From NCBI GenBank assembly GCA_963831325.1, contig CAWHQA010000038.1, positions 161,978-225,977 on the forward strand: a stretch of 64,000 bases of DNA, read 5' to 3'. Below the pieces are notes generated by a model, which did not search any database, was not told the DNA's origin, and saw only the letters and a program-made list of their open reading frames with translations. The position numbers were made by a program, and so were the translations under genes. This DNA comes from an uncultured Actinomycetes bacterium (GTDB lineage Bacteria > Actinomycetota > UBA4738 > HRBIN12). Positions 10,289-20,017 of the stretch are shown here, one piece after another. Each line of letters starts with the position of its first letter. Position 1 is the first letter of the stretch.

Positions 10289-11710
10289 TTGGTACAAAGA
10301 GGTATGCCCGATCACGTGCACATGCGCGACGACGACCACAGGTCGCAGCATCCCGTATCGTATTCGCGACGCCGTTTCCTCAAAGGTTCGACGATGGCGG
10401 TCGCGGGCGGCGTGCTCTTCTCCTGCACCGGCGGCCGGGTGATCCCGAAGATCGAGGACCGGACCCCTGCGATCGACACGGCGACGCCGATCAAGCGCGT
10501 CATCTACGTGATGCTCGAGAACCGCAGCTTCAACAATGTTTTCGGCAAGTTTCCCGGGGTTGAAGGCACCCTCGAGGGCGTCGATCTCGGCAAGGAGCGA
10601 CCGTTGATCCGATGCCCGGAGTGGCTCCCGAGCGACATCCCCCACGATCGCGCCGCCCATCTCAACAGCGTGAACGGCGGCAAGATGGACGGTTTCGGCA
10701 ACGACGCCACAGGCTTCAACTACGCCTACTCGGTCTTCGACGAGGACCAGATCCCGAACTACTACACGTGGGCACGTGAGTACGGGCTCTCCGATCAATT
10801 CTTCGCGAGCGTGGGAGGCCCGTCGTATCCGAATCACTTCTATTTCATCGCAGGCCAGTCGGGCGGCGTGCTCGACAACCCCGAGAACATCGAGACTCGC
10901 ATCAGGGATGGCAAGTCATTCAAGAGCTGGGGCTGCGACGCGGTGGGTGACGATGTCTTCGTCTTCGTGAAGGACGACACCGGCAACCTCACCAAACATG
11001 ACACGTGCTTCGACTACGGCACCGTCGGCGAGCAACTCAGTGACGTTGGGGTCGATTGGGCCTACTACTCGGCGGTGCCCGGTCAGTCCGGCTACTTCTG
11101 GAACGCGTACAACGGCATCGCCAACGTGATCCACACCGACATGTGGCTCGAGCATATGCGGCCGGTCGACCGCATCGTCGACGACATCGAGGCGGAACAG
11201 CTCCCGGCCGTGACCTGGGTCACCCCTCGGTTCGAGCTTTCCGACCATCCTCCGGAATCGAGCGGACACGCTCACAACTGGATCAGTGACATCGTGAACG
11301 CGATCATGCGGAGCTCGATGTGGGAGCACACCGCGATCTTCATCACGTGGGACGAGTGGGGCGGCTTCTACGACCCGGTCGTGCCTCCGCAGGTCGACGA
11401 CATCGGTCTCGGGGTGCGTGTGCCGCTCCTCACCATCAGTCCGTACACCGAGCGAGGGGTGATCGACACCGAGGTCGGTGAGTTCTCCACGCCCTTGCGG
11501 TTCATCTCCGACAATTGGGGGCTCCCCTACCTCACACCTCGTATCGAGAGGACGCATTCGTTCGAGCACGTCTTCAACTTCAACAAGGCGCCGCGCTCCC
11601 CCGTCTTCGGAAGGAAGTCGGCCCCGACGTTCGGCACCCCGTGGCACTTCCCCGATGGGTATGACGGGTGGGAGGCGGGCACGGTCCCGAGGAAGGACCA
11701 CTTCGTCTGA
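10289..11710 (+). CDS. Tat-secreted phosphoesterase family protein (non-hemolytic phospholipase C / acid phosphatase AcpA family)
   Basis: Twin-arginine signal SRRRFLKGSTMAVAGG, then phosphoesterase-family blocks (VMLENRSFNNVFG, ...ITWDEWGGFYD...). Confidence 0.75.
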   Translation: MVQRGMPDHVHMRDDDHRSQHPVSYSRRRFLKGSTMAVAGGVLFSCTGGRVIPKIEDRTPAIDTATPIKRVIYVMLENRSFNNVFGKFPGVEGTLEGVDLGKERPLIRCPEWLPSDIPHDRAAHLNSVNGGKMDGFGNDATGFNYAYSVFDEDQIPNYYTWAREYGLSDQFFASVGGPSYPNHFYFIAGQSGGVLDNPENIETRIRDGKSFKSWGCDAVGDDVFVFVKDDTGNLTKHDTCFDYGTVGEQLSDVGVDWAYYSAVPGQSGYFWNAYNGIANVIHTDMWLEHMRPVDRIVDDIEAEQLPAVTWVTPRFELSDHPPESSGHAHNWISDIVNAIMRSSMWEHTAIFITWDEWGGFYDPVVPPQVDDIGLGVRVPLLTISPYTERGVIDTEVGEFSTPLRFISDNWGLPYLTPRIERTHSFEHVFNFNKAPRSPVFGRKSAPTFGTPWHFPDGYDGWEAGTVPRKDHFV

Positions 11711-11728
11711 GCCCGGGTCGTGATCGTC

Positions 11729-12409
11729 TCAGTCCTTGCGGTCTTCGATCTCCCAGGCGTGATCGAGCACGTGCCAGGCAACTCGCCGCAGGAAACGGCG
11801 CGGCGTCCACATTGCGCCGCCTCGCGGACCCCGCTCGGGCAGATCTCCCGTTTCCGCGCGGGCGAGCCCCTCGAAGACGGCAGCGCGCTCACCATCGCGC
11901 GAAGCCCCCGGGTCGTTCTCGTCAACGGTGACGCCAGACCCAGTCAACTTGCGCAGGTAGCTTGCCTCTGCACCGACGACGTGGCCCACGATCGCGTCGA
12001 GCGTCCGGCCACCCCCGCGGGGGCCCTTGCGGAGCTCGACACCCTCGGCAGCGTCGACCGCTCGGTCGAAGGCGGCCCAGCACGCCTCGAGCACGGCTCC
12101 GAGCCGAGTCCATTCCCGGGTCGACACCGGCTCCGTGTCGGCACCGAAGTTCCCGTCGGGTGCGCCGAAATCGGTGGTCGCGTTGCCTGGCACCCGCTCG
12201 ATGACCCGGAGCCTCGAGGGTGCCGTCGGCGCAGAGAACCGGAGCCCGCTCGAGCTCAGTACCGACGCGTATCGCGGGCCGTAGTCGTGCAGGGCCTGAA
12301 CGGCCGCGTCCTCGTCGCGAGCACTGCGGCACCATCCGGGCCACGCGGCGGCCGCCGCGAATGTGCGCGTGGCGCCCTTCTCGACGAGGCAACCGATCGA
12401 CGCGGCCAC
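11729..12409 (-). CDS. DinB/MDMPI-like hypothetical protein
   Basis: A 226 aa ORF with protein-like composition and the motif AWHVLDHAWEIEDR, reminiscent of the DinB_2 / mycothiol-dependent isomerase N-terminal fold. The overlapping plus-strand ORF is Arg-rich and I rejected it. Confidence 0.45.
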   Translation of the reverse strand: MAASIGCLVEKGATRTFAAAAAWPGWCRSARDEDAAVQALHDYGPRYASVLSSSGLRFSAPTAPSRLRVIERVPGNATTDFGAPDGNFGADTEPVSTREWTRLGAVLEACWAAFDRAVDAAEGVELRKGPRGGGRTLDAIVGHVVGAEASYLRKLTGSGVTVDENDPGASRDGERAAVFEGLARAETGDLPERGPRGGAMWTPRRFLRRVAWHVLDHAWEIEDRKD

Positions 12410-12420
12410 CGAGCGTCTCC

Positions 12421-13518
12421 CTAAGGGATCGAGACGAGGTAGTCCTCGGCCTCGTCATCCCACTCGAGCGCCACGGACCTTTGGGTGGCGGCCGCTCGGC
12501 AGAACTGCAGGAACCCGCGGTACCCGTACTTCTTCTCGCTGAAGTCGGGGCGCACCTTCCGCACGCGGTTCTTGAGTCCGGACAGCTGCACGGGGCCTTG
12601 GGACCGCAGGTCGGCGACGACGTCACGCAGCAGATCGAAGGCCTCGGTCTCGGCGCCCTGCGTCGGCAAGGTCACCTCGGGGTCGCCTTTGGCGGAGCCC
12701 TCGTTCAGCTCGATCACGTTGCGATCCGCCAGGTGCCGCAAGAGCTCGCCGAACGCGCGGAAGCCGTGATCGGCCTCGCTGAAGGTCGGATCCTTGCGCA
12801 GCAGAGCGCGCTTCACCGACGATGCGAGCACCGGACCCGCCGAGCTCTGCTCGAGGCCGGCCACGGTCTGCGCGATCAGGATGGCGAGCTGGTCCTGGTC
12901 GAGAGGCGGCGAGCTCTCGCGTGGCTCCTCGTCGTCCGCACGATCGGCCTCGGGAACCGGCGCGGGCACGACCGCCGGGTCGTCAGGGGCCGGGCGACCG
13001 CTGCCCTTGCGCCCGCGACGCCTCCGCTCCGCTGGCACGTCGACCCCTTCGAGGGCCTCGTAGTACAAGAACTCGTCGCACGCCGGCGGCAGTAGCTTCG
13101 ACGTCGATTCCTTGATCCCGACGCCGATCACGCGCTTGTTGAGCTCACGCAACTTGTGCACGAGCGGCGTGAAGTCGCTGTCACCGGTGCAGATCACGAA
13201 CGTCGTGACGTAGTCGCGCTCGAACGCCATCTCGAGCGCGTCGACGCAGAGCTTGATGTCGGCAGAGTTCTTTCGCGAGGCGCCCATGCGCTGAGGGATC
13301 TCGATCAGCTCTACGTGGCTCCGAGTGAGCATTCGCCGGTCCTCGTCGAAGTAGGACCAATCCGCATACGCCTTGCGAGCGATCACCCGCCCACGCTCGG
13401 CGAGCGCATCGAGCACGGGCCGCAGATCGAACTGCATGCCCTCGAGACGATCACGCGCACCGATCGCGAGGTTCTCGTAGTCGAGGAACAGAGCGATGCG
13501 TTCTTCGTCGAAGTCCAC
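12421..13518 (-). CDS. NYN (LabA-like) nuclease domain protein with a C-terminal OST-HTH/LOTUS domain
   Basis: N-terminus IALFLDYENL...VTTFVICTGDSDFTPLVHKLRELNKRVIGVG is a NYN/LabA PIN-like domain. An acidic linker follows. The C-terminal roughly 80 aa (FSEKKYGYRGFLQFCRAA) is OST-HTH-like. Confidence 0.75.
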   Translation of the reverse strand: MDFDEERIALFLDYENLAIGARDRLEGMQFDLRPVLDALAERGRVIARKAYADWSYFDEDRRMLTRSHVELIEIPQRMGASRKNSADIKLCVDALEMAFERDYVTTFVICTGDSDFTPLVHKLRELNKRVIGVGIKESTSKLLPPACDEFLYYEALEGVDVPAERRRRGRKGSGRPAPDDPAVVPAPVPEADRADDEEPRESSPPLDQDQLAILIAQTVAGLEQSSAGPVLASSVKRALLRKDPTFSEADHGFRAFGELLRHLADRNVIELNEGSAKGDPEVTLPTQGAETEAFDLLRDVVADLRSQGPVQLSGLKNRVRKVRPDFSEKKYGYRGFLQFCRAAATQRSVALEWDDEAEDYLVSIP

Positions 13519-13542
13519 GTACTCAGCCTAGTCGCCGCAGCT

Positions 13543-13764
13543 TCAGGCGGGCGCGTCGGAGGCGGGTCGCTCCCTGACCTCGACGTCGTCGTCAGGAAGC
13601 CCGAGCACCGCTGGGTCGGCAGCCTCGATCGGCGTGCCAGCTTCGACGATCCCGGCCGCACGGTCGGCGTCGCGTTGCGCGCGGGCAACGCGGCGCTCCT
13701 CGCGAGCGGCGGCCTTACGCGCCTTCACGTCTTGGCGCTGACGCTTCCCGTAGCTCTCCGGCAT
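13543..13764 (-). CDS. Possible small highly charged protein (73 aa)
   Basis: In-frame ATG giving MPESYGKRQRQDVKARKAAAREERRVARAQRDAD..., lying between the holin-like gene and the NYN gene on the same strand. The only support is the ORF and its composition. Confidence 0.3.
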   Translation of the reverse strand: MPESYGKRQRQDVKARKAAAREERRVARAQRDADRAAGIVEAGTPIEAADPAVLGLPDDDVEVRERPASDAPA

Positions 13765-13853
13765 GCCTTCCAGGTTACCCGGCGCGCGGTCGCCATGCCC
13801 CGTCGTGTCGGGAACGGGAAGCACGCGCGGGGCTGCCGAAGGCCGGGATTCGT

Positions 13854-14204
13854 TCAGTCCTCGCCATCGGGCACGACGAGGCGCAGTACCAGCGTCACGA
13901 TCGAGATGATCACGGCAGCCCAGGCATATGCCCAGAAGCCGTCGATCTCGATGCGGTCGGTCAGGGCCGTGGTCACCCACAGCACGACCATGTTGATCAC
14001 GATGGCGAACAACCCGAGCGTCACGATCAGGAACGGGATGCTCAGGATGCGAAGCACCGTGCCGAGCACGGCGTTCACGAGGCCGAGGACCGCCGCCACG
14101 ATGATCAGCGATATCAGTCCTTCCCTGAGTTCGATGCCGGGCACGAGCTGGGCCGCAACGAACACGGCGACCGCCAAGATCGCCCACCTGATCAGGATCC
14201 TCAT
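13854..14204 (-). CDS. Holin-like four-TMS membrane protein (Phage_holin_4_2 / DUF360, YvlD-like)
   Basis: A 116 aa protein that is almost entirely hydrophobic helices (MRILIRWAILAVAVFVAAQLVPGIELREG...). This matches the actinobacterial family-IV holin-like proteins. There are no other phage genes nearby. Confidence 0.65.
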   Translation of the reverse strand: MRILIRWAILAVAVFVAAQLVPGIELREGLISLIIVAAVLGLVNAVLGTVLRILSIPFLIVTLGLFAIVINMVVLWVTTALTDRIEIDGFWAYAWAAVIISIVTLVLRLVVPDGED

Positions 14205-14240
14205 CGATCTCCCCTCTTCGAGCGACCTGAAGTGTATGCG

Positions 14241-15161
14241 TCACCGCGAGCGGAGACGAGGACTGAGCACCTCGTCGAGCGCGAAGCCGACCATGGTGAA
14301 CGACAGCGTCACGAACATGATCGCCAGTCCGGGCGGGATCAGCCACCACCACCAGCCTGCCGTGAGCGCCCCCGCCGAGAACGAATCATCGATGATCCGG
14401 CCCCACGAGAGCGCGTCGGCCGGCCCGAGGCCGAGGATCGAGAGCGTCGTTTCGGACAGGATCGCAAGCGCGATCATCAACACGGCGTTCGCGAACAAGA
14501 TCGGGAACACGTTCGGCAACACATGGCGGGTGATCAGGTGTCCGTGCCCCGCGCCGAGAGCTCGCGAGCGCTCGATGAAGGGCCGTTCCTTCACCGACAA
14601 GGCCTGCGACCGTACGACGCGAGCCGTGCTCGCCCACGACGTGATCGCGATGACTACGATCACGTTCACGAGCGTCGGGCCGATCACCGCGGTCAGAGCG
14701 ATGGCCAAGGCGATCCACGGCAACACCAGGAACCAGTTCGTGATGCCGCTGAGCACCGTGTCCACACGGGTTCCGCCGAAGTAGCCGGCGGTGATGCCGA
14801 TGCCGGCGCCGATGAGCATCGTGCCCATCGCAGCGGTGAACCCGACGAGCAGCGAGATGCGGGCGCCTTCCACCATCAACGCGAGCACGGAGCGTCCGTA
14901 GTTGTCGGTGCCGAGCGGGTAGGCGAGCGAGGGCGCTGAGAGCAAGGGGCCGTCGGCGGTGGCAGGCTCGATCGATGCGGGATCGATGAAGATCGGTCCC
15001 ATCGCTGCCACGATCACGAAGAAGGTCAGGACGCCGAGACCCACCACGCCCTGGCGGTTGTGACGGAACGTCGCCCAATGCGCCGACGCTGCGGCTCGCC
15101 GTCGCTGCCACACCATGGCGCGAGGCGATCGGAGCTCCCGGATCTGCTCGCCCGTCGCCAT
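14241..15161 (-). CDS. ABC transporter permease (DppC/OppC-like)
   Basis: Contains the BPD_transp_1 permease signature (...ARVVRSQALSVKERPFIERSRALGAGHGHLITRHVLPN...). The protein has multiple TM helices and an N-terminal OppC_N-like region. Confidence 0.9.
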   Translation of the reverse strand: MATGEQIRELRSPRAMVWQRRRAAASAHWATFRHNRQGVVGLGVLTFFVIVAAMGPIFIDPASIEPATADGPLLSAPSLAYPLGTDNYGRSVLALMVEGARISLLVGFTAAMGTMLIGAGIGITAGYFGGTRVDTVLSGITNWFLVLPWIALAIALTAVIGPTLVNVIVVIAITSWASTARVVRSQALSVKERPFIERSRALGAGHGHLITRHVLPNVFPILFANAVLMIALAILSETTLSILGLGPADALSWGRIIDDSFSAGALTAGWWWWLIPPGLAIMFVTLSFTMVGFALDEVLSPRLRSR

Positions 15162-15162
15162 G

Positions 15163-16146
15163 TCAGGCTTCCCGGACCCTGGGGTCGAGATAGCCGTACG
15201 TGACGTCGGCCAAGAGGTTGAACGCGATCACGGCGGCGCTCGACAGCAGGAACACCCCTTGGATCACCGGGAAATCGAGAGCATTGATCGCGTTGTAGGT
15301 CAGCAGCCCGAGACCCGGCCACGAGAACACGGCCTCGACGACGATCGCGCCGCCGAGCACGAATCCGAAGTTCAGGAAGATCAACGTGAACGTCGGCAAG
15401 AACGCGTTCGGCACGACGTGGTTGCGTCGCACCATGTGCTCGGGCACTCCCTTCGCCCGAGCACTCGTCACATAGTCCTCGTTGATCACGTCGATCATCG
15501 ACGACCGCATGATGATCGCGTACTGGCCGACGTAGCCGAGCGTCAGCGTGAGCACCGGCAGGAACAGGTGGTCCAGCACGTCCACGAAGCGGGCCGTACC
15601 GGTGAGCCCTCCGGTCTCGAACCCACCCGCCGGGAACAGCCCCAGCGTGCCCGAGAGCACCAAGAGTAGGATCATGCCCAGCCAGCCCTCGGGGATCGAG
15701 TAGAGCGCCAGCGAACCGTAGAGCGACGTCGAGTCGAAACGGCTCCCCCGGCGCCATCCGCCTTTGATGCCGATCCAGATGCCGATCACGGTCGAGAACA
15801 GCGTGCCGAGACCCACGAGCAGTACCGTCGGCCCGATGCTCGACCAGATCGTGGACGTCACTCGGCGTGCAGTGCGAAGTGACACCCCGAGGTTGCCCGT
15901 GAGCGTCTGCCTCACGTACGTCACGTACTGGCTCGCGATGGGCTGGTCGAGCCCCAGCTCCGCCTGCAGACTCGCCACGTCAGCTTCGGTCAGCCGTTGG
16001 CTCTTGGCCAGCAGCCCGACCGGATCGCCGGGGAGCACCCGGAACAAGAAGAAGTTGAAGGTCAGCACGAAAGCGAGGGTCGTGACTGCCTGCACCACCT
16101 TGCGTGCGACGTACCGTCTCGCTCCCACGTCGCTTGCCGCTCCCAC
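15163..16146 (-). CDS. ABC transporter permease (DppB/OppB-like)
   Basis: A typical DppB-type permease (NEDYVTSARAKGVPEHMVRRNHVVPNAFLPTFT). It is adjacent to, and on the same strand as, the other permease. Confidence 0.9.
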   Translation of the reverse strand: MGAASDVGARRYVARKVVQAVTTLAFVLTFNFFLFRVLPGDPVGLLAKSQRLTEADVASLQAELGLDQPIASQYVTYVRQTLTGNLGVSLRTARRVTSTIWSSIGPTVLLVGLGTLFSTVIGIWIGIKGGWRRGSRFDSTSLYGSLALYSIPEGWLGMILLLVLSGTLGLFPAGGFETGGLTGTARFVDVLDHLFLPVLTLTLGYVGQYAIIMRSSMIDVINEDYVTSARAKGVPEHMVRRNHVVPNAFLPTFTLIFLNFGFVLGGAIVVEAVFSWPGLGLLTYNAINALDFPVIQGVFLLSSAAVIAFNLLADVTYGYLDPRVREA

Positions 16147-16184
16147 CCGGTCTCTGGCTCAGGCTCCGTGGCCCGGCTCAATAT

Positions 16185-18020
16185 TCACGCTTCGTTGAGC
16201 TCGCGCCGCCGGCCACGGCGTGAGAACCCCACGATCACCGCCACGATGCCCACCCCGGCCACGAGCCAGATCCACCCGGGGATGCCGCTCGACCCGCCCG
16301 AGGAGGCCGCCACCGACTCGCTCACCGATCGCAGCTTCACCAACGAGTCGTAGTTGTATCCCGGCATCAGGTATCCGTCGGCGCCCGGCGCCGGCACCCA
16401 CCCGGTGAACCGGTCGCTCCGGAAGGCCTGGAGCCAGCCCGGGTAGGCGAGCACGACGCTCGGGACCTGTTCGTAGGCACGACGCTGGGCCTCGAACACG
16501 AGCTCTTGCCGCTCAACCCGGTCGAACACGGTGCGCTGCTCCTCGTAGAGAGCGTCGAACGCCGGGTCCTGCCAGCAGCCGTCGCTCCACGCGCCGCACT
16601 GCTCCGAGGTGAACACGAAGAGCTGGTAGTTGGGGTCGGGGTCGCCGCTCCAATACCAGATGTAGGCATCGAAGTTGCCGGCGCCCCAGAAGTCGTTCAT
16701 CTTCGCGTCGGAGACCGGCCTGAGCTCGACGCCCACGCCGATCTGCTGCAGGAAGCCATCGATCAGCTCCCCCGACTCCACCGCGCCCGTCGTGTCCTGA
16801 GACGCCGGGATCAGCAGCTCGAGCGCGTCGCCCGTCTCGGGATCCTCGCGGACACCGTCGTCGTCGGTGTCGACGTACCCGGCTTCATCGAGCAGGTCGT
16901 TGGCGGCAGCGGGGTCGTATGCGATCTCGTCCTCGGCCGGGATATCGAGGTGCCAGTAGGCCGACGCCGGTCTGATGATCGTGTCTCCCGGCGTCGCCGT
17001 GCCCTGATAGACCTTGTCCGCGATCGCCTGCTTGTCGATCGCCATCGCGATCGCCTGACGCACGGTGATGTCGTGCAACGCCGGCAGGGCATCGGCGTCG
17101 GGGCCCTGGCCGCCGAAGTTGAATGCGAGGTTCAGCCACCAGTCCGAGACGACGCGTTGGACCTGCACGTCGTCGATGCCTTCGACCGAAGCGATCAGCG
17201 ACGGCTTCAGCCCGTCCGCGAAGTCGATCTCTCCGTTGCGGAGGGCCTGGATCATGGCTTCCTGGTTCGAATAGAGGCGGTACTCGATGCGGTCGACCTC
17301 GGGCTCCTCACCCCAGAAGTACGGGTTGCGTTCCATCGTCCAGCCCTGGCCCGGCTTCCAGTCGGTGAGCGTGAACGGACCGCTGCCGATCGACGGGGTG
17401 TTCTCGACCGCTCGGATCGCGCGCAGGCCGTCACCGTCGTAGGGCGCCCACACCTTCTCCGGAACGATGTAGACCCACGGGGGCATGTCCGGTGCGAACG
17501 TCGGCTGCTCGGCCTTCCAGATCAAGGTCTGGTCGTTCGGGGTCTCGAACGTCGGGTTGAACGGGAAATAGCTCTTGTACTGAGGGATCTTGTTGTCGAT
17601 CACGAACCGATAGGTGAACGCGATATCGCGCGAGGTGAGCGCAGAGCCGTCGCTCCACTTCAGGCCTTCCCGCAAGGTGCACGTCCACTCCGTCGAGTCC
17701 GCATTCGGCTCGCATCCGGTCGCGAGACTCGGCGCCGGCGAGAGATCCTCCGAGGCGAACTTCAGCATCATGTCGTACTGCAGCGTCACGACCACCCAGT
17801 CGCTGCCGGCGCTCACCGCCCACGGGTTGTCGGTGATGAGATCCGAGACGACGCCGACACGCAGTGCCAGCTCGTCATCCGTGGCCGGGGTGGCCGTCTG
17901 CGCACCCGCGAACGGAACCGCGATCGTGGAGATGGCAGCAGCCAGGGCGAGGAGGACGATCGGACGCCTGAGCCTTCCGGTGGTGCGGATGCCGTGTCGC
18001 GCCGATCCCTCGAGTCTCAT
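16185..18020 (-). CDS. ABC transporter substrate-binding protein, family 5 (peptide/nickel/opine type), with a C-terminal TM anchor
   Basis: Sec signal (LLALAAAISTIAVPFAGAQT), an SBP_bac_5 fold across the length, and a predicted C-terminal TM helix plus basic tail (GIPGWIWLVAGVGIVAVIVGFSRRGRRR). A GGAGGGAG ribosome-binding site lies before the ATG. Confidence 0.85.
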   Translation of the reverse strand: MRLEGSARHGIRTTGRLRRPIVLLALAAAISTIAVPFAGAQTATPATDDELALRVGVVSDLITDNPWAVSAGSDWVVVTLQYDMMLKFASEDLSPAPSLATGCEPNADSTEWTCTLREGLKWSDGSALTSRDIAFTYRFVIDNKIPQYKSYFPFNPTFETPNDQTLIWKAEQPTFAPDMPPWVYIVPEKVWAPYDGDGLRAIRAVENTPSIGSGPFTLTDWKPGQGWTMERNPYFWGEEPEVDRIEYRLYSNQEAMIQALRNGEIDFADGLKPSLIASVEGIDDVQVQRVVSDWWLNLAFNFGGQGPDADALPALHDITVRQAIAMAIDKQAIADKVYQGTATPGDTIIRPASAYWHLDIPAEDEIAYDPAAANDLLDEAGYVDTDDDGVREDPETGDALELLIPASQDTTGAVESGELIDGFLQQIGVGVELRPVSDAKMNDFWGAGNFDAYIWYWSGDPDPNYQLFVFTSEQCGAWSDGCWQDPAFDALYEEQRTVFDRVERQELVFEAQRRAYEQVPSVVLAYPGWLQAFRSDRFTGWVPAPGADGYLMPGYNYDSLVKLRSVSESVAASSGGSSGIPGWIWLVAGVGIVAVIVGFSRRGRRRELNEA

Positions 18021-18161
18021 CGTGCTCCCTCCGCTTCCTCGTCCCTATGCCTCATGAGCTCGTGCCGGTCGGTCTTCGACGACAGCACGGCGCCGAACCT
18101 AGCCCTTGCCGCCGCTGCGAGGCGGCGACAGCGTGCCGCCACGGCAACCGTTCCTCTCCGT

Positions 18162-18944
18162 TCATCGTGTGGTCGCCAAGATGTCGACGACCTCGCGATG
18201 CACGATGCCGTTCGAAACGAGAAGGTTCTCGCCCGCGCTCGGAGCGCCTCCGGCGAGCGTCGTGACTCGGCCACCGGCTTCCTCGACGATCAGGCCGGTC
18301 GCGGACCAGTCCCACGCATGGCATGGCTCGTGCTCGAGCAGCACTTCGACGGAGCCCTGCGCGACGAGCAGATGAGCCCACGCATCACTCAGACCTCGCG
18401 TGCGCCGAGCGCTGCCGGCCAGGTGCATCAAGACGTCGCCCCGGCCCCCTTCGATCCATTCCTCGACGGCGGAATGCGCGAGGAAGGACTCGGCGAGTGA
18501 TGCGACGTCCGACACGCGCAGGCGACGGTCGCCGCGCCACGCACCCTGCCCCTTGACCGCGTGGTAGCGATCCCCGATCGCCGGCGCGTCAGCGACGCCC
18601 ACCATAGGGATGCCGTCGATCTCGAGGGCGACCAGGGTGGTCCACAACGGGATGCCCTCGGCGAAGAGCTTCGTGCCGTCGACCGGATCGATCACCCACC
18701 GACGCCCGTTCGCGCCTTCCTGCAACCCGTCCTCCTCGCCGAGCACGCCGTCGCCGGGGGATCGAGCCGCGATGACGGTTCGGATGGCGTGTTCGGCGCG
18801 TCGGTCGACCTCGGTGACCGGAGTCGCGTCGTCCTTCAGCTCCACGGGCAGCCGGTCACCGAACCACGACAGCGTCACCTCGGCCGCGGCGTCTGCGAGC
18901 TCGTGAGCGAAAGCGAGATCGGCACTCAGATCGGGTTCGACCAT
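18162..18944 (-). CDS. Inositol monophosphatase family protein (HisN/ImpA/SuhB-like phosphatase)
   Basis: IMPase motifs WVIDPVDGT and ...WDWSATGLIVEEAGG. I chose the ATG at 18944 (MVEPDLSADLAFAHELADAA). The upstream part of the long ORF is Arg-rich. Confidence 0.8.
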   Translation of the reverse strand: MVEPDLSADLAFAHELADAAAEVTLSWFGDRLPVELKDDATPVTEVDRRAEHAIRTVIAARSPGDGVLGEEDGLQEGANGRRWVIDPVDGTKLFAEGIPLWTTLVALEIDGIPMVGVADAPAIGDRYHAVKGQGAWRGDRRLRVSDVASLAESFLAHSAVEEWIEGGRGDVLMHLAGSARRTRGLSDAWAHLLVAQGSVEVLLEHEPCHAWDWSATGLIVEEAGGRVTTLAGGAPSAGENLLVSNGIVHREVVDILATTR

Positions 18945-19888
18945 GCCCTCCGCCCCTGCTCGTCCTCGACCACGATGCGCCGGTAGGGGAGCCCCATCGA
19001 CGGCTCGAATCGCGCCCGCACCACGAGCCCGCGATCGTCGCGTTCGAGCACACGCGCGTCTTCCTGCCGGTTGCGGGCGCCGGCCTGTACCGCCCAGCCG
19101 GTCTCGTAGCGCGAGACCATGACGACGCTGCGCGCCGGGCTGCAACGGACCTCGACTGCGTCGCCGTCGAGGGAGATGTCGACGAACTGAGGGCCGTTCG
19201 TCGCGTACAGGTGCCCACGACGCAGCGCCTCGAGCACGGCCTCCTCGGTGCGCTCTGCCGCGCGCACCATCGTCCAGGCGTCGCCGATGTCGAAGCCAGG
19301 GTAGTGACAGTCGTCGGTCGCGAAGCCCCAGAGACGTTGACCTCGCTCCAAGCACTGGTCCCACACGTACGAAGAGTCCCCGCGGAGGTTCTCGCGATCG
19401 GCACTCGAGTTGAACAGCTCGAGACCGTGGGTTCCTTCGACAGCGAGCAGCGTTTCGAGCGGCATGCCGCTCCAGTACGGGTGAGCGATGAAGGAGACTC
19501 CACCCTGGTCGGCGATGCTGCGTGCGGCGGTCGACAGGTCTGCGAACGTCTTGTAGTGATATGCGTCGATCGGACCCCATCGCGTGCGGTCCCCACCCGG
19601 ATCCTCGGGGATGTCGGAGATGCCGATCGCGAGGATCTCACTGTCGGTGAACGCATCGCCGAACGGGTCGGCGGCGAGCTCGGCACCCGTGATCACGAGA
19701 CAGTGCTTCGTCGATGGCTCGTGCGTCAGCGTCCAATGGTCGGTGATGGTGCACACGTCGAACCCCGCCCACTCATGGTGACGCACGTGCGCCGCGGGGT
19801 CGAGCTCACCGTCGGATCGCGACGTGTGCGTGTGGAACGCGCTCTTCAACCACACACCGTCGACTCCGAACGGGTTGCCGTCATCCAT
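18926..19888 (-). CDS. PHP-domain metal-dependent phosphoesterase
   Basis: N-terminal PHP motif SAFHTHTSRSDG and further His-rich metal-binding blocks (ITDHWT, FIAHPYW). The protein is 320 aa and its 3' end overlaps the IMPase start by 19 nt. Confidence 0.75.
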   Translation of the reverse strand: MDDGNPFGVDGVWLKSAFHTHTSRSDGELDPAAHVRHHEWAGFDVCTITDHWTLTHEPSTKHCLVITGAELAADPFGDAFTDSEILAIGISDIPEDPGGDRTRWGPIDAYHYKTFADLSTAARSIADQGGVSFIAHPYWSGMPLETLLAVEGTHGLELFNSSADRENLRGDSSYVWDQCLERGQRLWGFATDDCHYPGFDIGDAWTMVRAAERTEEAVLEALRRGHLYATNGPQFVDISLDGDAVEVRCSPARSVVMVSRYETGWAVQAGARNRQEDARVLERDDRGLVVRARFEPSMGLPYRRIVVEDEQGRRAWSNPI

Positions 19889-20017
19889 GGCGTGATCCCT
19901 CCGCGATCCTGCGACCGGCGACCACGGCGTTCACGGTCGTCGGCGCGCAGGCTACGGACGCGCCGATCGCCGCACAAGGCAGACCGTGCCGTAGCGGCAA
20001 CACACTATGATCGCGGG

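Noticed and set aside
13854-14204. Prophage suggested by the holin annotation
   Set aside because: No integrase, terminase, capsid or tail genes, no att-like repeats and no GC shift occur nearby. The holin-IV/DUF360 family is a common chromosomal gene in Actinobacteria.
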